The notes: generated by a model not told the origin, from the letters alone. DNA of 64,000 nt from Bugula neritina (GCA_964035545.1 OZ037767.1:19732628-19796627); one strand, 5' to 3'. Shown: positions 38,589 to 49,697, numbered from the stretch's first letter. Numbers and translations are program-made.

Positions 38589-41500
38589 AGGAGTATGGTG
38601 GAACACGCCGTCGTCTGTCCGTACGGACACGGCGGAACATTCTACCCGAGTGGCAGGTACCACGCAGGACTAGTAGGCCCGCACAACGGCCCAGTACCTT
38701 TTCCCTGCCACTCGCTAACCGGTTTCACCGGTTACCTCGGGAGGAGGAGCCCGCCACTGAAATGGAGCCAGAAGGCCCAGTGGAGAGGCCCAAACCCCGC
38801 CGGCACCAACCTCGCCGCCGGAAGCCCCGTAAACCACGGGTGAAACCCCCGCCGTCCTGTCAAACCAGGACAGCACATGCGGGGGGGGTGAAAGTACAAC
38901 CACATGGAGAGAGCTATTTCCTACCCGGAAAGGTGGCCGGCAACGCCGTCACTTTCCTGCTCGACTCCGGTTGTACTACCAACCTTCTCAGCCGTAGAGT
39001 CTTTGAGGCACTGCCCCGCCGGGACAGGGATAGAGTACGACCGTATACTGGAGAACATGGCACCCTGGCAGACGGGTCATGTATCCCCTTTTATGGTATT
39101 ATCGAGCTCCCTGGGCGTGTCAGAGATCAGGCTGTACAGGAGACCTTTATCATAGGTCAACTGGAGGAAGATGCTATCCTCGGCATGCCCTTCTTGAAGC
39201 AACACCAGTGCCGAATAGATTTTAGTAAGTCGGTGGTGCTGATGGGCGGGCGAGAACTCGCCTGTGTGGATAAGTTTGGGCGTCCTCTGGTGGGCGGTGT
39301 TCAGGTAATTCGGAACTGCACCGTACCCGGACGCTCCAGAGCTACTATCCACTGCCGAGTGAACAGCAACCGGATAGCCAGGCTCGGGGTCGTTGAAAGC
39401 GCGCACGAAAAGATCCAACTCGCCAGTAGTTTAAACCGACTAACTGAGCGAGGGGAGGTCTTAGTGCAGTGCGTCAACCCCTTTACCGAGCCCATTGAGC
39501 TCCCAGCTGGGTCAATGCTGGGCCGGTTCCATTCCGTCCAGGAAGAGGACGTGGGCCCGTCGCTGGGTGACGCGACGGAGGCACCCCCTCGACACCCTAT
39601 TCAGGGACGAGGGGCAGTCCCGACACATCTCCGGGAGTTATACGAAACAGCCAGTGGCGGCTGCGCGAGTAACAGAGAACGCCAAGCTATGGCCAAGTTA
39701 CTACGCGACTACGGTGATGTGTTCAGCAGCGGGGAGAATGACGTGGGACTGACTGGAATTGTCAGACACGAAATACCGCTGACTGCAGGGACAGTCCCTG
39801 TCCGGCAGCCCACGCGCAGGCTGGGGCCGGAGAAAGAGAAGGAGGTTAGCCGACAAGTACGGGATCTTCTGGACCGGGGACTGATAGAGCCCGCCCATAG
39901 CGCGTGGAGCTCGCCGGTCGTACTGGTCCGGAAGAAAGACGGCAGTTGGCGGTTCTGTGTGGACTACCGCAAACTCAATAGCGTAACCATACAGGACGCC
40001 TACCCTCTACCTCGTATTGACGAGTCATTGGACGCCCTAGCCGGCAGCAAGTACTTCAGTACGTTAGACTTGCTAAGCGGCTATTGGCAGGTTCCTCTGA
40101 GTCCCGACGCCCAAGAGAAAGCGGCGTTTATTACACGGGACGGTTTGTGGAAGTGGAAGGTGCTGCCCTTCGGGTTAACCTCCGCCCCAGCCACCTTCCA
40201 GAGGCTGATGGAACAAGTCCTTAGCGGACTCCATTGGAAGACACTGCTGGTCTACCTCGATGATGTCATCGTAATCTCCCCAGACTTCGAGACACATGTC
40301 AGTCGTCTGCAGGAGGTTTTCGAGAGACTCCGAGGTGCCGGTCTTAAGCTCAAACCTTCCAAGTGCGCTCTGTTGCAGCCGGAGGTCAAGTACCTGGGGC
40401 ACGTTGTCGGTCGAAACGGCGTGGCAACGGATCCCGAAAAGGTACGGGCAGTAGAAGACTGGGTCACCCCTCAAGACTTGACCGGACTCCGGGCTTTCTT
40501 GGGGCTGGTAGGGTATTACAGGCAATACATACCAGACTTTGCGGGCATAGCCCAGCCGTTAAACCGGCTTACCGCAAAGGGAGTGACGTGGCAGTGGACT
40601 CCAGTCGAACAAGAAGCGTTCGACCGCCTCAAGGGCTGCCTCCTAACGGCGCCCGTCTTGGCCTACCCAGACCCCACTCTGGAGTACATCCTAGACACAG
40701 ACGCCAGTGACCAGAATGTTGGCGCTGTGCTGTCTCAAGTGCAGGAAGGCCGAGAAGTAGTAGTAGCCTACTACAGCAAGTCTCTCTCTCCCGCTGAACG
40801 AAATTACTGCACTACCCGCAAGGAGCTGCTGGCAGTAATCAAGTCAGTGAAGCACTTCAGACCATACCTATATGGCAGGAAGTTCCGGCTGCGTACGGAT
40901 CATGCCTCGCTGATCTGGTTGTGCAGGAGAGCAGAGCCCTCCAGTCAGGTCGCCCGGTGGCTCGAAATCCTAGCTGAATTCTCGTACCGGATCGAACACC
41001 GACCGGGCAAGAGACACAGCAATGCGGATGGGTTGAGTCGCCGACCTGACGGAGGTTGCAAACAGTGTCTCAACATCGAGAGGAGGGATGGAGGTCCCCC
41101 ACGATGCGAGTTGGAGACGCTGGCTCATCACGGAGCACCGTTTGACTGGGATCAAGGTCAACTCAGGCAAAGAGTTGATGAGTCCCCGGAGGATGTACAA
41201 AACCTCCGCGCCAACCCTGTACTGGCCGGTAATGTTCGAGAGCTGAAGAAGCTCCAAGAAGAGCTGCCGGGAGTCGTGGCAGACATCTACTGGGCCAAAA
41301 GGGAAGGGCGACGACCCAGCGAGGAACGCATACGACAGGGATGCGCCGAGTTCCGGCTATACTGTCAGCGTTGGGACTCGCTGCGGATCGGGCAGGATGG
41401 GTTGCTAACCATCTCTCTAGCTGCCAGCGGCAGACACCCGGAAAGGAAGAGGGTAGTCTGCCCCACAGCCATCCGCCGTGAGTTGATTTGGGATACTCAC

Positions 41501-43162
41501 AAGCAGGCCCACGCAGGGGTCAAGCGAGTGATATCCAAATTACGACTCCGGTGGTATTGGCCGCAGATGGAGCGTGACGTCCGACTCAGAGTCAAACGGT
41601 GTGAGATCTGCCAGGCCAGTAAGCATAGCCGCCCCCCTGGTGAAGCAGGACGGCGGAGGCTATATGCTGGTAGGCCCTGGCAAGTAGTCGCTGTAGACCT
41701 GGTCGGACCCATGCCCCTGACCCCCAGAGGCAATAATTGGATCCTAGTACTAACCGACCACTTTACTAGGTGGGCGGATGCTCTGGCTATCCCAGATGCA
41801 TCAGCCCCAACAGTGGCCAGGGCACTAGACCAACATGTATTCTGTTATTTTGGGCTTCCCGAACAGATACACTCTGATCAAGGCGCTCAATTCCAGTCTC
41901 AACTGATGAGCGACCTTTGCCACCTCTGGGGAGTAAATCAGAGCAGGACCACCCCCTACCACCCTCAAGGTAACGGGGTGGTGGAGCGCAACAACCGGAT
42001 GCTAGGTGATGCGCTCCGGAGTCTCCTCCTTGGACGAGGTCAAGAGGAATGGGATACGGTGTTGCCGCAAGTCATGCGTGCATACCGTAGCACCCCACAC
42101 ACCAGTACTGGTGAGACCCCAAACCTCTTGATGCTCGGGAGAGAGACTCGTGTCCCTGACCATCTCACCTATCACGTTCCGGAGCAGGATAACTCAGTCC
42201 ACGAGTATGCCAGTGAACTAGTGGAACGGATGAAGGCCGCACACGAGATACTGCGTCAACAGCAGTGGAAGGTGCGGCATGAAGATTCCGATGAACCACC
42301 CCTCTATCAAAGAGGAGATAAGGTGTGGATGGTCAATTACCGTAGGCGCCGCGGACAGGCTGATAAGCTGAAGCCTAAGTTCGTAGGCCCCTACGTGGTC
42401 GTCGAGGCTATGCCCAATCATACGTACAAGATTGAGCGCTCAGGACAGGTGTCTATCCAGAATGAGTCTCGCTTGAAACCGTATTGGGCTAGCCCTGACG
42501 GAGTGGGAGAAGCCCCCCCGTTGTTAGAGCCCAGGAGGCAGACAACGACGCGCGGGCAACGGCGGCATGGACCTGAATACGAAGTGGTCATACCGCGGGA
42601 GGAAAACTTGGTGAGAGAGGAGCGGCAGCTTTTGTCAACAGAAGCGTGTCCGCCACCGCCAAGTCTAATTCCATCACTTCCAGAAACCGAGCCGGTTCCG
42701 GAAGTGCAAACCCCCACGGAGGGAGGGGCTCCATCCGGAGAACAAGAAGAGGTGACCACTAACGGTGAAGTAGAGACGCCATTAGAAGCCCCTACTAACG
42801 AACCGGCAAGCGTGTCACCCCCCCTAGAAAGGGGACAGCGTACGAGGAAGCCCCCACCGTATTTGAAAGACTTCATATGTGACTGCATTAGAAGCGGCGC
42901 ACATGAAAGTCTAGGGGAAAACCGTACGATAAAATGTTGGAGTTGTGAACCCCACGCAAATATCAACTTTTGCGAGGGCGGAATAGTGGGAGGAATTAAT
43001 GCGCGTAAAGCAAATAGTTCCGACCTCGTGCCTCAGAAACGATGCTCAGCCTTTTCTTATGCTGACATCGCCAAAGGCAGACGTATCTCACAACCAGCTC
43101 CAACCTTACCAAGAACGTTGAGTATGGACATTAATACCGAGTTCCCAGGTAAGCCAGTATAA
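38537..43162 (+). CDS. pol: Pol polyprotein (protease, RT, RNase H, integrase), -1 frame relative to gag; first ATG at 38762
   Basis: LLDSGC; WSSPVVLV, FCVDYRKLN, LPFGL, YLDD; LDTDAS, KELLAV, RTDH, NADGLSR; H..H..CEIC, VDLVGP, HSDQG, VERNNR, PKFVGPY; no stops. Confidence 0.97.
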   Translation, partial: VKLSRPADTLPPRGPQLKEYGGTRRRLSVRTRRNILPEWQVPRRTSRPAQRPSTFSLPLANRFHRLPREEEPATEMEPEGPVERPKPRRHQPRRRKPRKPRVKPPPSCQTRTAHAGGVKVQPHGESYFLPGKVAGNAVTFLLDSGCTTNLLSRRVFEALPRRDRDRVRPYTGEHGTLADGSCIPFYGIIELPGRVRDQAVQETFIIGQLEEDAILGMPFLKQHQCRIDFSKSVVLMGGRELACVDKFGRPLVGGVQVIRNCTVPGRSRATIHCRVNSNRIARLGVVESAHEKIQLASSLNRLTERGEVLVQCVNPFTEPIELPAGSMLGRFHSVQEEDVGPSLGDATEAPPRHPIQGRGAVPTHLRELYETASGGCASNRERQAMAKLLRDYGDVFSSGENDVGLTGIVRHEIPLTAGTVPVRQPTRRLGPEKEKEVSRQVRDLLDRGLIEPAHSAWSSPVVLVRKKDGSWRFCVDYRKLNSVTIQDAYPLPRIDESLDALAGSKYFSTLDLLSGYWQVPLSPDAQEKAAFITRDGLWKWKVLPFGLTSAPATFQRLMEQVLSGLHWKTLLVYLDDVIVISPDFETHVSRLQEVFERLRGAGLKLKPSKCALLQPEVKYLGHVVGRNGVATDPEKVRAVEDWVTPQDLTGLRAFLGLVGYYRQYIPDFAGIAQPLNRLTAKGVTWQWTPVEQEAFDRLKGCLLTAPVLAYPDPTLEYILDTDASDQNVGAVLSQVQEGREVVVAYYSKSLSPAERNYCTTRKELLAVIKSVKHFRPYLYGRKFRLRTDHASLIWLCRRAEPSSQVARWLEILAEFSYRIEHRPGKRHSNADGLSRRPDGGCKQCLNIERRDGGPPRCELETLAHHGAPFDWDQGQLRQRVDESPEDVQNLRANPVLAGNVRELKKLQEELPGVVADIYWAKREGRRPSEERIRQGCAEFRLYCQRWDSLRIGQDGLLTISLAASGRHPERKRVVCPTAIRRELIWDTHKQAHAGVKRVISKLRLRWYWPQMERDVRLRVKRCEICQASKHSRPPGEAGRRRLYAGRPWQVVAVDLVGPMPLTPRGNNWILVLTDHFTRWADALAIPDASAPTVARALDQHVFCYFGLPEQIHSDQGAQFQSQLMSDLCHLWGVNQSRTTPYHPQGNGVVERNNRMLGDALRSLLLGRGQEEWDTVLPQVMRAYRSTPHTSTGETPNLLMLGRETRVPDHLTYHVPEQDNSVHEYASELVERMKAAHEILRQQQWKVRHEDSDEPPLYQRGDKVWMVNYRRRRGQADKLKPKFVGPYVVVEAMPNHTYKIERSGQVSIQNESRLKPYWASPDGVGEAPPLLEPRRQTTTRGQRRHGPEYEVVIPREENLVREERQLLSTEACPPPPSLIPSLPETEPVPEVQTPTEGGAPSGEQEEVTTNGEVETPLEAPTNEPASVSPPLERGQRTRKPPPYLKDFICDCIRSGAHESLGENRTIKCWSCEPHANINFCEGGIVGGINARKANSSDLVPQKRCSAFSYADIAKGRRISQPAPTLPRTLSMDINTEFPGKPV

Positions 43163-44253
43163 GTCTTGTATTCCTATTCATGGAAACGGGCTCGATGCCA
43201 GTAGATTCTGAACTAATTCAGCAGATTGAATCAGAATTACTGGGAACCACGTTTCATGTGAATGACGATGAAGACACTGTAATGGCCGATGGTCTGTTAG
43301 ACCTGGAGCTAGACACTGTTCTTGGTCAGTCCACACATGATTCATCAGTTCCTCGAGTGCATTCCAAAAGCTGTGACTCTCAGGCTAGCAACGGTCGACA
43401 GTCACTAGAATTAGGTTGTAAAGATCCACCGCGATCTAACACTAATTCTACTTTTGTAGACACACTCGCGCCCGTCTCTCCGGGCATGCCTTCTCTAGAG
43501 ATGGCGTGGGACTCAGAGCCGGCCCCAACAACTTCTACCACCAGGCAACTGCCACCCCAGTTGGAAGCAACCTCCAACTGGATTACCCCTGCCACAGAGA
43601 GAGAGATCAGGACCCATCAAGGAGGTGAGAGTAATCGTGAATGCAACCTCTGCCAACAGCGATTCACGACCCACCGCAGACTAAAAGTACACTTGCCGCA
43701 ACACTACATCACCACTTTCTGCCCTTGCGGAGAATATAGCTACAATCGTGATTACCTGTTGCGGCACCAACGTACTATGCAGTGTTATCAAGGGCATGTC
43801 TATGAAGTCGACGAATCATCCTATCCTGCCTTTCTCAACGCCATCAAACCACTCATCACTGACTCAGCTCGGCTATCTCGCCTGGAGCAAGGCTTCCCTT
43901 CCCCGCGGCCCATCATCTCTGGAGCCGCAGATAAACCTACCCAGTCTACTAACTCTCCACCCCACAGCCCTCTACGCACGCCGCATACCTTTCCTCGTGT
44001 CGTACTACAGAGGGTAGACACAAATGCATATACACTCCCTCCTCCCCTTCCATCCTCGGAGCGGAAAAGACACAGACAGCCGACTTCCTCTCGCTCGTCC
44101 CCCTGGGCCCGCAACCTACGTGAAGTAGAAGCTAGGGCGCACGACTTGGAGCAAGAAGTGTACAGGCTGGCCCCACGAGTACAGGCTGCATCCAGTGAAC
44201 TCAAATACTTACAGGAGTCTATTAAACGCATGAAGCGTGCGGCCCGCAGTTAA
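43124..44253 (+). CDS. ORF3: C2H2/C2HC zinc-finger plus coiled-coil accessory protein; predicted exons 43124-43148 and 43460-44253 (272 aa); unspliced alternative 43180-44253 (357 aa)
   Basis: CNLC..F..HRRLKVHLPQH and CPC..H..C fingers, RKRHR basic patch, heptad C-terminus; CCAG|GTAAGC donor and ACTAAT..TTTTGTAG|A acceptor, both phase 1; homologue in element 2. Confidence 0.8.
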
Positions 44254-44514
44254 CTCGAGTCTACCTACAACTCCATACTACTCATTCCCCTACCTCTCTG
44301 TGGCATTCCCTACCGTAATGGTGGCACGTACTCTACATGTAGATAGGACCTTCCCTTGCTTATTACTTAGTGTGCACGTTATATATACCTGTATATTTTT
44401 TATCAGTTGTTGTTTTTTTGTATATACTTTTATACTGTTCTCTTACCCCCCCCCACAACGAAGTATACGTTTTTTTATGTGAGTTTTATTTTATCAGAAA
44501 GTGGGCTTTCTGCT

Positions 44515-44525
44515 GGAGGGGGCAG
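44515..44525 (+). promoter_or_regulatory. Polypurine tract
   Basis: GGAGGGGGCAG immediately before the 3' LTR. Confidence 0.8.
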
Positions 44526-44830
44526 TGTGGTGGCTCGTGGAGCTACCAGCAACACAATACGCAAGGTTGCGTATTGACCCGGAACAATGTATTAGCCAAT
44601 TAGCTAGGCTGTTTTATAAGTAATAGTAGCCGCTTCGCGCTACTAGTTCAGTTGAGGATAGTGCTGTAAACTAAATAGACGTGTGTATCATTACTGTTGT
44701 ACCTTGGATTTTTATTATGTATTCTTGTATTAAATATAACGATATCTACTCGACTTAACTGGTGAAGTTTCTCTAGTGTTAAATAGACTCTCTTGGTGGC
44801 AAATCAACCCTAAATCTGAAAACTATAACA
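44526..44830 (+). repeat. 3' LTR
   Basis: Direct repeat of 37384-37688 with one mismatch (GGCAC/GGCAA). Confidence 0.98.
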
Positions 44831-45064
44831 ATATAGCCTAATATGATGATTGTGTTATATACAGGAGCCAGTTCTGGTATTGGAAGAGCCACTGCTATCC
44901 ACTTTGCATCTTTTGGATCTAGACTGGCTCTCTGTGACAGAGATGAACCAAACCTTCAGGTTGGCTATACTTTAATAAACTATGTTGTAACATAATATGT
45001 TTATTACTATAATAAGCTTATTAGGTATGTTATATAACCTGTTTATAGGAGACTGTGAGTCATT

Positions 45065-45840
45065 CACCGGCTTTCCATGTACCGATCTCAGATCGATCTC
45101 GGCGAGATCGATCCATGGAAAGACGCCAAAGATCGATCTCAGTCGTTCTGAGCTGGTCGGTCTGTAGAGCTCGAACTCAGATCGATCTCATGTCAATAAG
45201 ACCATGGAAAGACGCCAGATCGATCTGAGAAGTAGAAAAAGACTGCGCGCTACAATGTTGTCTGCTAATAAAAATGATAACTTAGTGATAATGACTAAGC
45301 AAAGTATTAAATAATTATGATAGCCACCTTTTCAGATGCCAAAACTTTGACTTTCAGTACAATGATTAAGAAAACTCAATTATATGCAGTAGAAGGTAAA
45401 AAAATGGGAGAATTTAAATTGAATTTAAGTGACTATTAAAACTTAGTTTCATTAGCTATTTTCTTTGTAATTTTAAGCCCAACAGTCCTGTAAGTTTATT
45501 AATAATCTGCAAGACAGCCATTAATTTTATATAAGCTGTCTAGCTAAAAAATTAAAATTGATTATTTTAAATTGGCCAAATTACCATACACTGAAAGCTT
45601 TGCTGCGTATAGTTTATAGCTGGGATTAAATTTTAGACTATGACCATCTTGTTTTCAACAGTAGTAGCTTTAATCACTCAAATAGGTGAACAAATTATAC
45701 TTTTAAAGTATCCTTCACTTAGGAGGAGGCAACTTCGCGAGATCGATCTGCCACTCTCATGGAAAAACGATCGATCTAAGCACATTTCTCAGATCGATCT
45801 CGCTGAGATCGATCTGAGATCGGTACATGGAAAGCCCGTG
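45065..45840. mobile_element. MITE inserted in SDR-D exon 3
   Basis: ~50-bp TIR CAC(C/G)GGCTTTCCATGTACCGATCTCAGATCGATCTC(G/A)GCGAGATCGATC with repeated AGATCGATCT palindromes; exon resumes at 45841; TSD not clean (ATT/TAT), superfamily unresolved. Confidence 0.88.
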
Positions 45841-48184
45841 TATGTAAAGGAGCTGGTGATGTCATCACTATAGTTGGAGATCTTACTATTGAATCTGATG
45901 TGGTGAGAATTATTGAGAAGACAATAGAACACTACAAACAGCTGGATGTGTTGGTAAGAACTAGCGTTACTTGTTGAAAATGTTTCTGTGATCTGAGAGC
46001 ATATAGTATAGGATGTTTGTTTCGTTTATTACAAGTATGTGTTAAGAATATCAATTTAACAAAATTGTTATATTTCTATTTAATTCTATAGTCTACAATA
46101 CTATATCTGAGTCTTACATTACATTCACTTACTACAACCTGCAGCTCATGCTAAACCAAACACATTAATCTACACTAGCCTCTAAAGTCTAAACAATACT
46201 TTCATACATACAATATGTTGAATATAAAAACTCACACATGTTTATAGTCATCATCACTGTGGGAAATCTCTGATAGAAAGGTTTTTTTAAATCAGGCTAA
46301 GGACTTATTCATATCTATGTGATTGAATGCTCTTCCTCACATTACCCATGACTGTGTTTAACAGCACCATCGATGAGACTTATCAGGGTGGGTTCGAACC
46401 CATGACTGTGTTTGCTAAGCACATTATATTAATTAAGTATATTTGCACCTAATTTTCAGCTAGAATTTCTACTTAATGGTTTTAGATATATAATGATGTA
46501 AAAAGTAGTTGAACAGTGATAGAGTCTATGACATTACTAAATAAGAAACTATAATATATTCATGTATTTATATTATTTATAAAGGTTAATAACGCAGGAA
46601 TTGGAAGATTCAATAGCATTACAAATGGGATATTAGAACAATTTGACTTGATAATGGCTACCAACGTCAGAACTGTGTACCATCTGACAAAACTGGCTGT
46701 TCCACATCTGATTGAGAGTAAAGGATTCATTGTCATCACATCTAGTGTGGCATCAAAAATGTCGGTAGGTGAAACTTTATTTCATTGATTGTAACTTTGA
46801 AAAACAACCACAATTGGTTTTATAGAACAACTGCTGCAGGAAACTATAATATGACATAGCCTATTGCTGGATAATTTTAGTTTCATTTAGTATGTAATTA
46901 GCTATTTAAAGTAAATCTAAGAAGCAATATTTAAAAATAATACTCAACAGTTTTTATGTTCTTTTTTAAAAAAATATATGTTTGTAATCCTATTTTGTTG
47001 CCATGATATAAAGTTATACACATGGCAGCAAAAACTGAATAAACTCTCAATTCTGTTTCACTGAATTACATAAATACCTTACTACTATTTAATATTTATA
47101 CTTTTTATATTACTTACCCTTCTTCAACATAATTCACAATTACTCAATATCACTCACTATCATAGTCACTATCACTCAATATAGCTCACTCTCACTCACA
47201 ATGACTCATCATAATTTAATAACACTTCCCATCACTATCACCTTTCCCTCATCACTAACAATAAGCATTTTATTAATCTACCAAACTATTGTTTTAGTGC
47301 CCCACAGTTGTGGCATACAGCATGTCAAAAGCTGCTATAGATCACTTTGCAAGGAGTATAGCCTTAGATCTTGCTCCTAAACAAGTGAGGGTCAACACTG
47401 TCAAGTATGTATTCAGTTCAAACTTTTTTGTATGAAAATATGAAAATAGACTTTTTGTTCACGTTTTCAATATGTATATCGTTTATGTTACACATCATAT
47501 TATGCTGTTATCTTAGGGTTACATATTTATAATGTTGTTGCTGTTCAATTGACTTACAGTTTGAAGGGAAATCATAATGGCTTCCTGTTTGAAAACTTCT
47601 AATTTAACTATCTTTTAGATAAAAAAACAAATAAAGTTTTATTATTCACCAAACAAGCATTCTCTCACGCCTATACACATTAATAACTCTCATGACTTTG
47701 TTATTAGCTCTCCTAACCATATTCTGATGTCACAGTATGACAGCAAATTATAGACCTATGAGAGCTTTTTGTAGCATATATAAGGAATAATAACAGTTAG
47801 ATACATTATTGTGAGCTTAACTATCAGAATAAATATTGAGTGGGTTTTTGACTACTTGGTGGTCCATATAAACCAAAAAACATTTTATATTTTAATCAAA
47901 CTATTCAGAAAAAGGATAATTAGATGAAACATATCATATATATGTACTTGTAAATTTTGTTGATATAAAATTTAAAAACAAAAGTCCTAAGCTGGTGTAA
48001 AATAATGTTGTGGAATTATTTTAGCCCAGGTATTATTGCAACAAAAATCTATGAAGGAGCAATGCCAAAAGATGATGTACCAGCGGTAAGTAAAGCAACA
48101 ATTTCCTGTAGCATTCACTCTTTTGTAATGTGTTCACTAACATGGCAAGTCTATCATAACTTATAAATATATATACCTTGATAC

Positions 48185-48595
48185 CAGGGTTGGGGTAATT
48201 TTAGTTTGTAATTGTAATTGGTTGTAATTAATTACATTTTTTCAAGCAATTCAATGTAATTTGTAATTATAATTGTAATTTGTAATGGTAACTAGTTACG
48301 TATCTAATGTAATTGGTTTTTACAATAACTTTATAGTTACATGTCAATTACTTCAAATTTTTAAATCTTAAAAAATTCATACTTTTCCTACAATGCTTAC
48401 TGTTGATAAAAAGCTCCGATTAGGTCAATGTATTATAGTATCACTGTAGAGAACAAAGGAGGTTCACCTCTGTCAAAATTTCCTGGGTAGTTGAACCTAA
48501 AAAGTAAGATTTTATGACTTCTATTTATCCCTTGTCAGAACAGAAGTGATTGCAATTGTAATTAATTATATTCATATGTAATTGACCCAACTCTG
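48185..48595. mobile_element. hAT-type MITE in SDR-D intron 6
   Basis: TIR CAG(G/A)GTTGGG, 8-bp TSD CTTGATAC/CTTGATAT, subterminal TGTAAT repeats; absent from the paralogous intron of SDR-E. Confidence 0.85.
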
Positions 48596-48996
48596 CTTGA
48601 TATTGCTTTTAGTTTTTTGACAACTTTGCCACTATCTACCCGACTGGAAGAATTGAGCAACCAGAAGAGGTAGCCAAGTCTATAGCTTTTCTGGCTAGTA
48701 GTGAGTCAAGTTTTACCACTGGAGTCCAACTTGTGTTAGATGGAGGGTTTCATCTGACTACAGCTGATCTCCCTTCACAATAAAGTCACAAAAACTCGCT
48801 ATTTTCTGTTTTCTTCGTTTTACACCAACAGATGAATTACATTCTTACAGGTTGCATGTTTACTTTCTACATCTTAGGAAATTTTCTTGTAAGGAATTTT
48901 GTTACATACATTTCCTGTTTCTGGTTTGACTTGCACAAAACAAGATTCTTTCAATACAAACACTAACTATATACCAACAGCTTCTATGGGTCCCTT

Positions 48997-49215
48997 TTGT
49001 ATTGTAATGTATTGCATTGTAATGCATTGACTGTATTTTTTGTATTGTATTGCATTGTATTGTGCTGCATTGCATGACATTGTACTGTATTGTAGTGTAT
49101 AGCAATGTTTTTAATTTCATTCTAATGCATTGTATTAAATCGTATTGTATTACATTGCATTGCATTGCATGAAGTTGCATTGATTTGAATTGTATTATAT
49201 TGCATTGTATTGTAT
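48997..49215. repeat. Degenerate pentanucleotide repeat (CATTG/TATTG)n
   Basis: Direct reading; paralogue at 55010-55118. Confidence 0.9.
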
Positions 49216-49697
49216 AATACTATACCAATTGTATCTTGAAGCGTTTTATGTTGTAGTGTAATAAATTGTATAGACTAACATCAAACGGACCATGCATCAG
49301 GTATTCCTTAAATTAATGTTGCAGAGAAGCAAATAGTTCTATGAACCTCTCAAAATAGGAGTTCATTTGCCTCCATATTATACTAAAAATTAGATGTTTG
49401 GAAAATTAATTGTTTTATTGTTTTCATAAGGAGGTAAAATAGTTCAATGATTTAAAAGAGGTTTCTATTTATTAGTTCAACTGTTATACATTATATAAAG
49501 CAATAATTAGCATTTAGCAAGCTCTGAGATCCTTAATAATTATAGCTTTAAAAGTATAATATCATCCTATGAGTTATGTGAAAGGCAAAATATGCGTAGA
49601 AACTATTAGGTTATTTGCAAGACATTGTAATTCCGACAAACAACAATATTGTATAAAAAAATATACAATAACTTCAAGAAAACCTCCATGAAAATAC

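Larger units (their letters stand above)
37384..44830 (+). mobile_element. Full-length Ty3/Gypsy LTR retrotransposon (7447 bp) with a third, zinc-finger ORF
   Basis: 305-bp TG...CA LTRs differing at one position, ATAT TSD (37380-37383, 44831-44834), PBS, PPT, intact gag and pol in PR-RT-RH-IN order. Confidence 0.98.
36575..48783 (+). pseudogene. SDR copy D, insertion-disrupted; exons 36575-36611, 44865-44959, 45049-45953 (split by MITE), 46585-46764, 47298-47404, 48025-48085, 48613-48783
   Basis: All seven exons recognisable and open (TGASSGIG, LALCDRD, VNNAG, YSMSK), but exon 3 is interrupted by a 776-bp MITE and intron 1 holds a 7.4-kb Gypsy. Confidence 0.88.

Noticed and set aside
37716-44231. 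Numerous antisense and alternate-frame ORFs over gag/pol/ORF3 (and their mirrors at 58914-63535)
   Set aside because: Expected shadow ORFs in GC-rich coding DNA; shared between elements only because the DNA is near-identical
43180-44253. ORF3 as an envelope gene
   Set aside because: No signal peptide, fusion peptide or transmembrane segment; zinc fingers and basic patches instead
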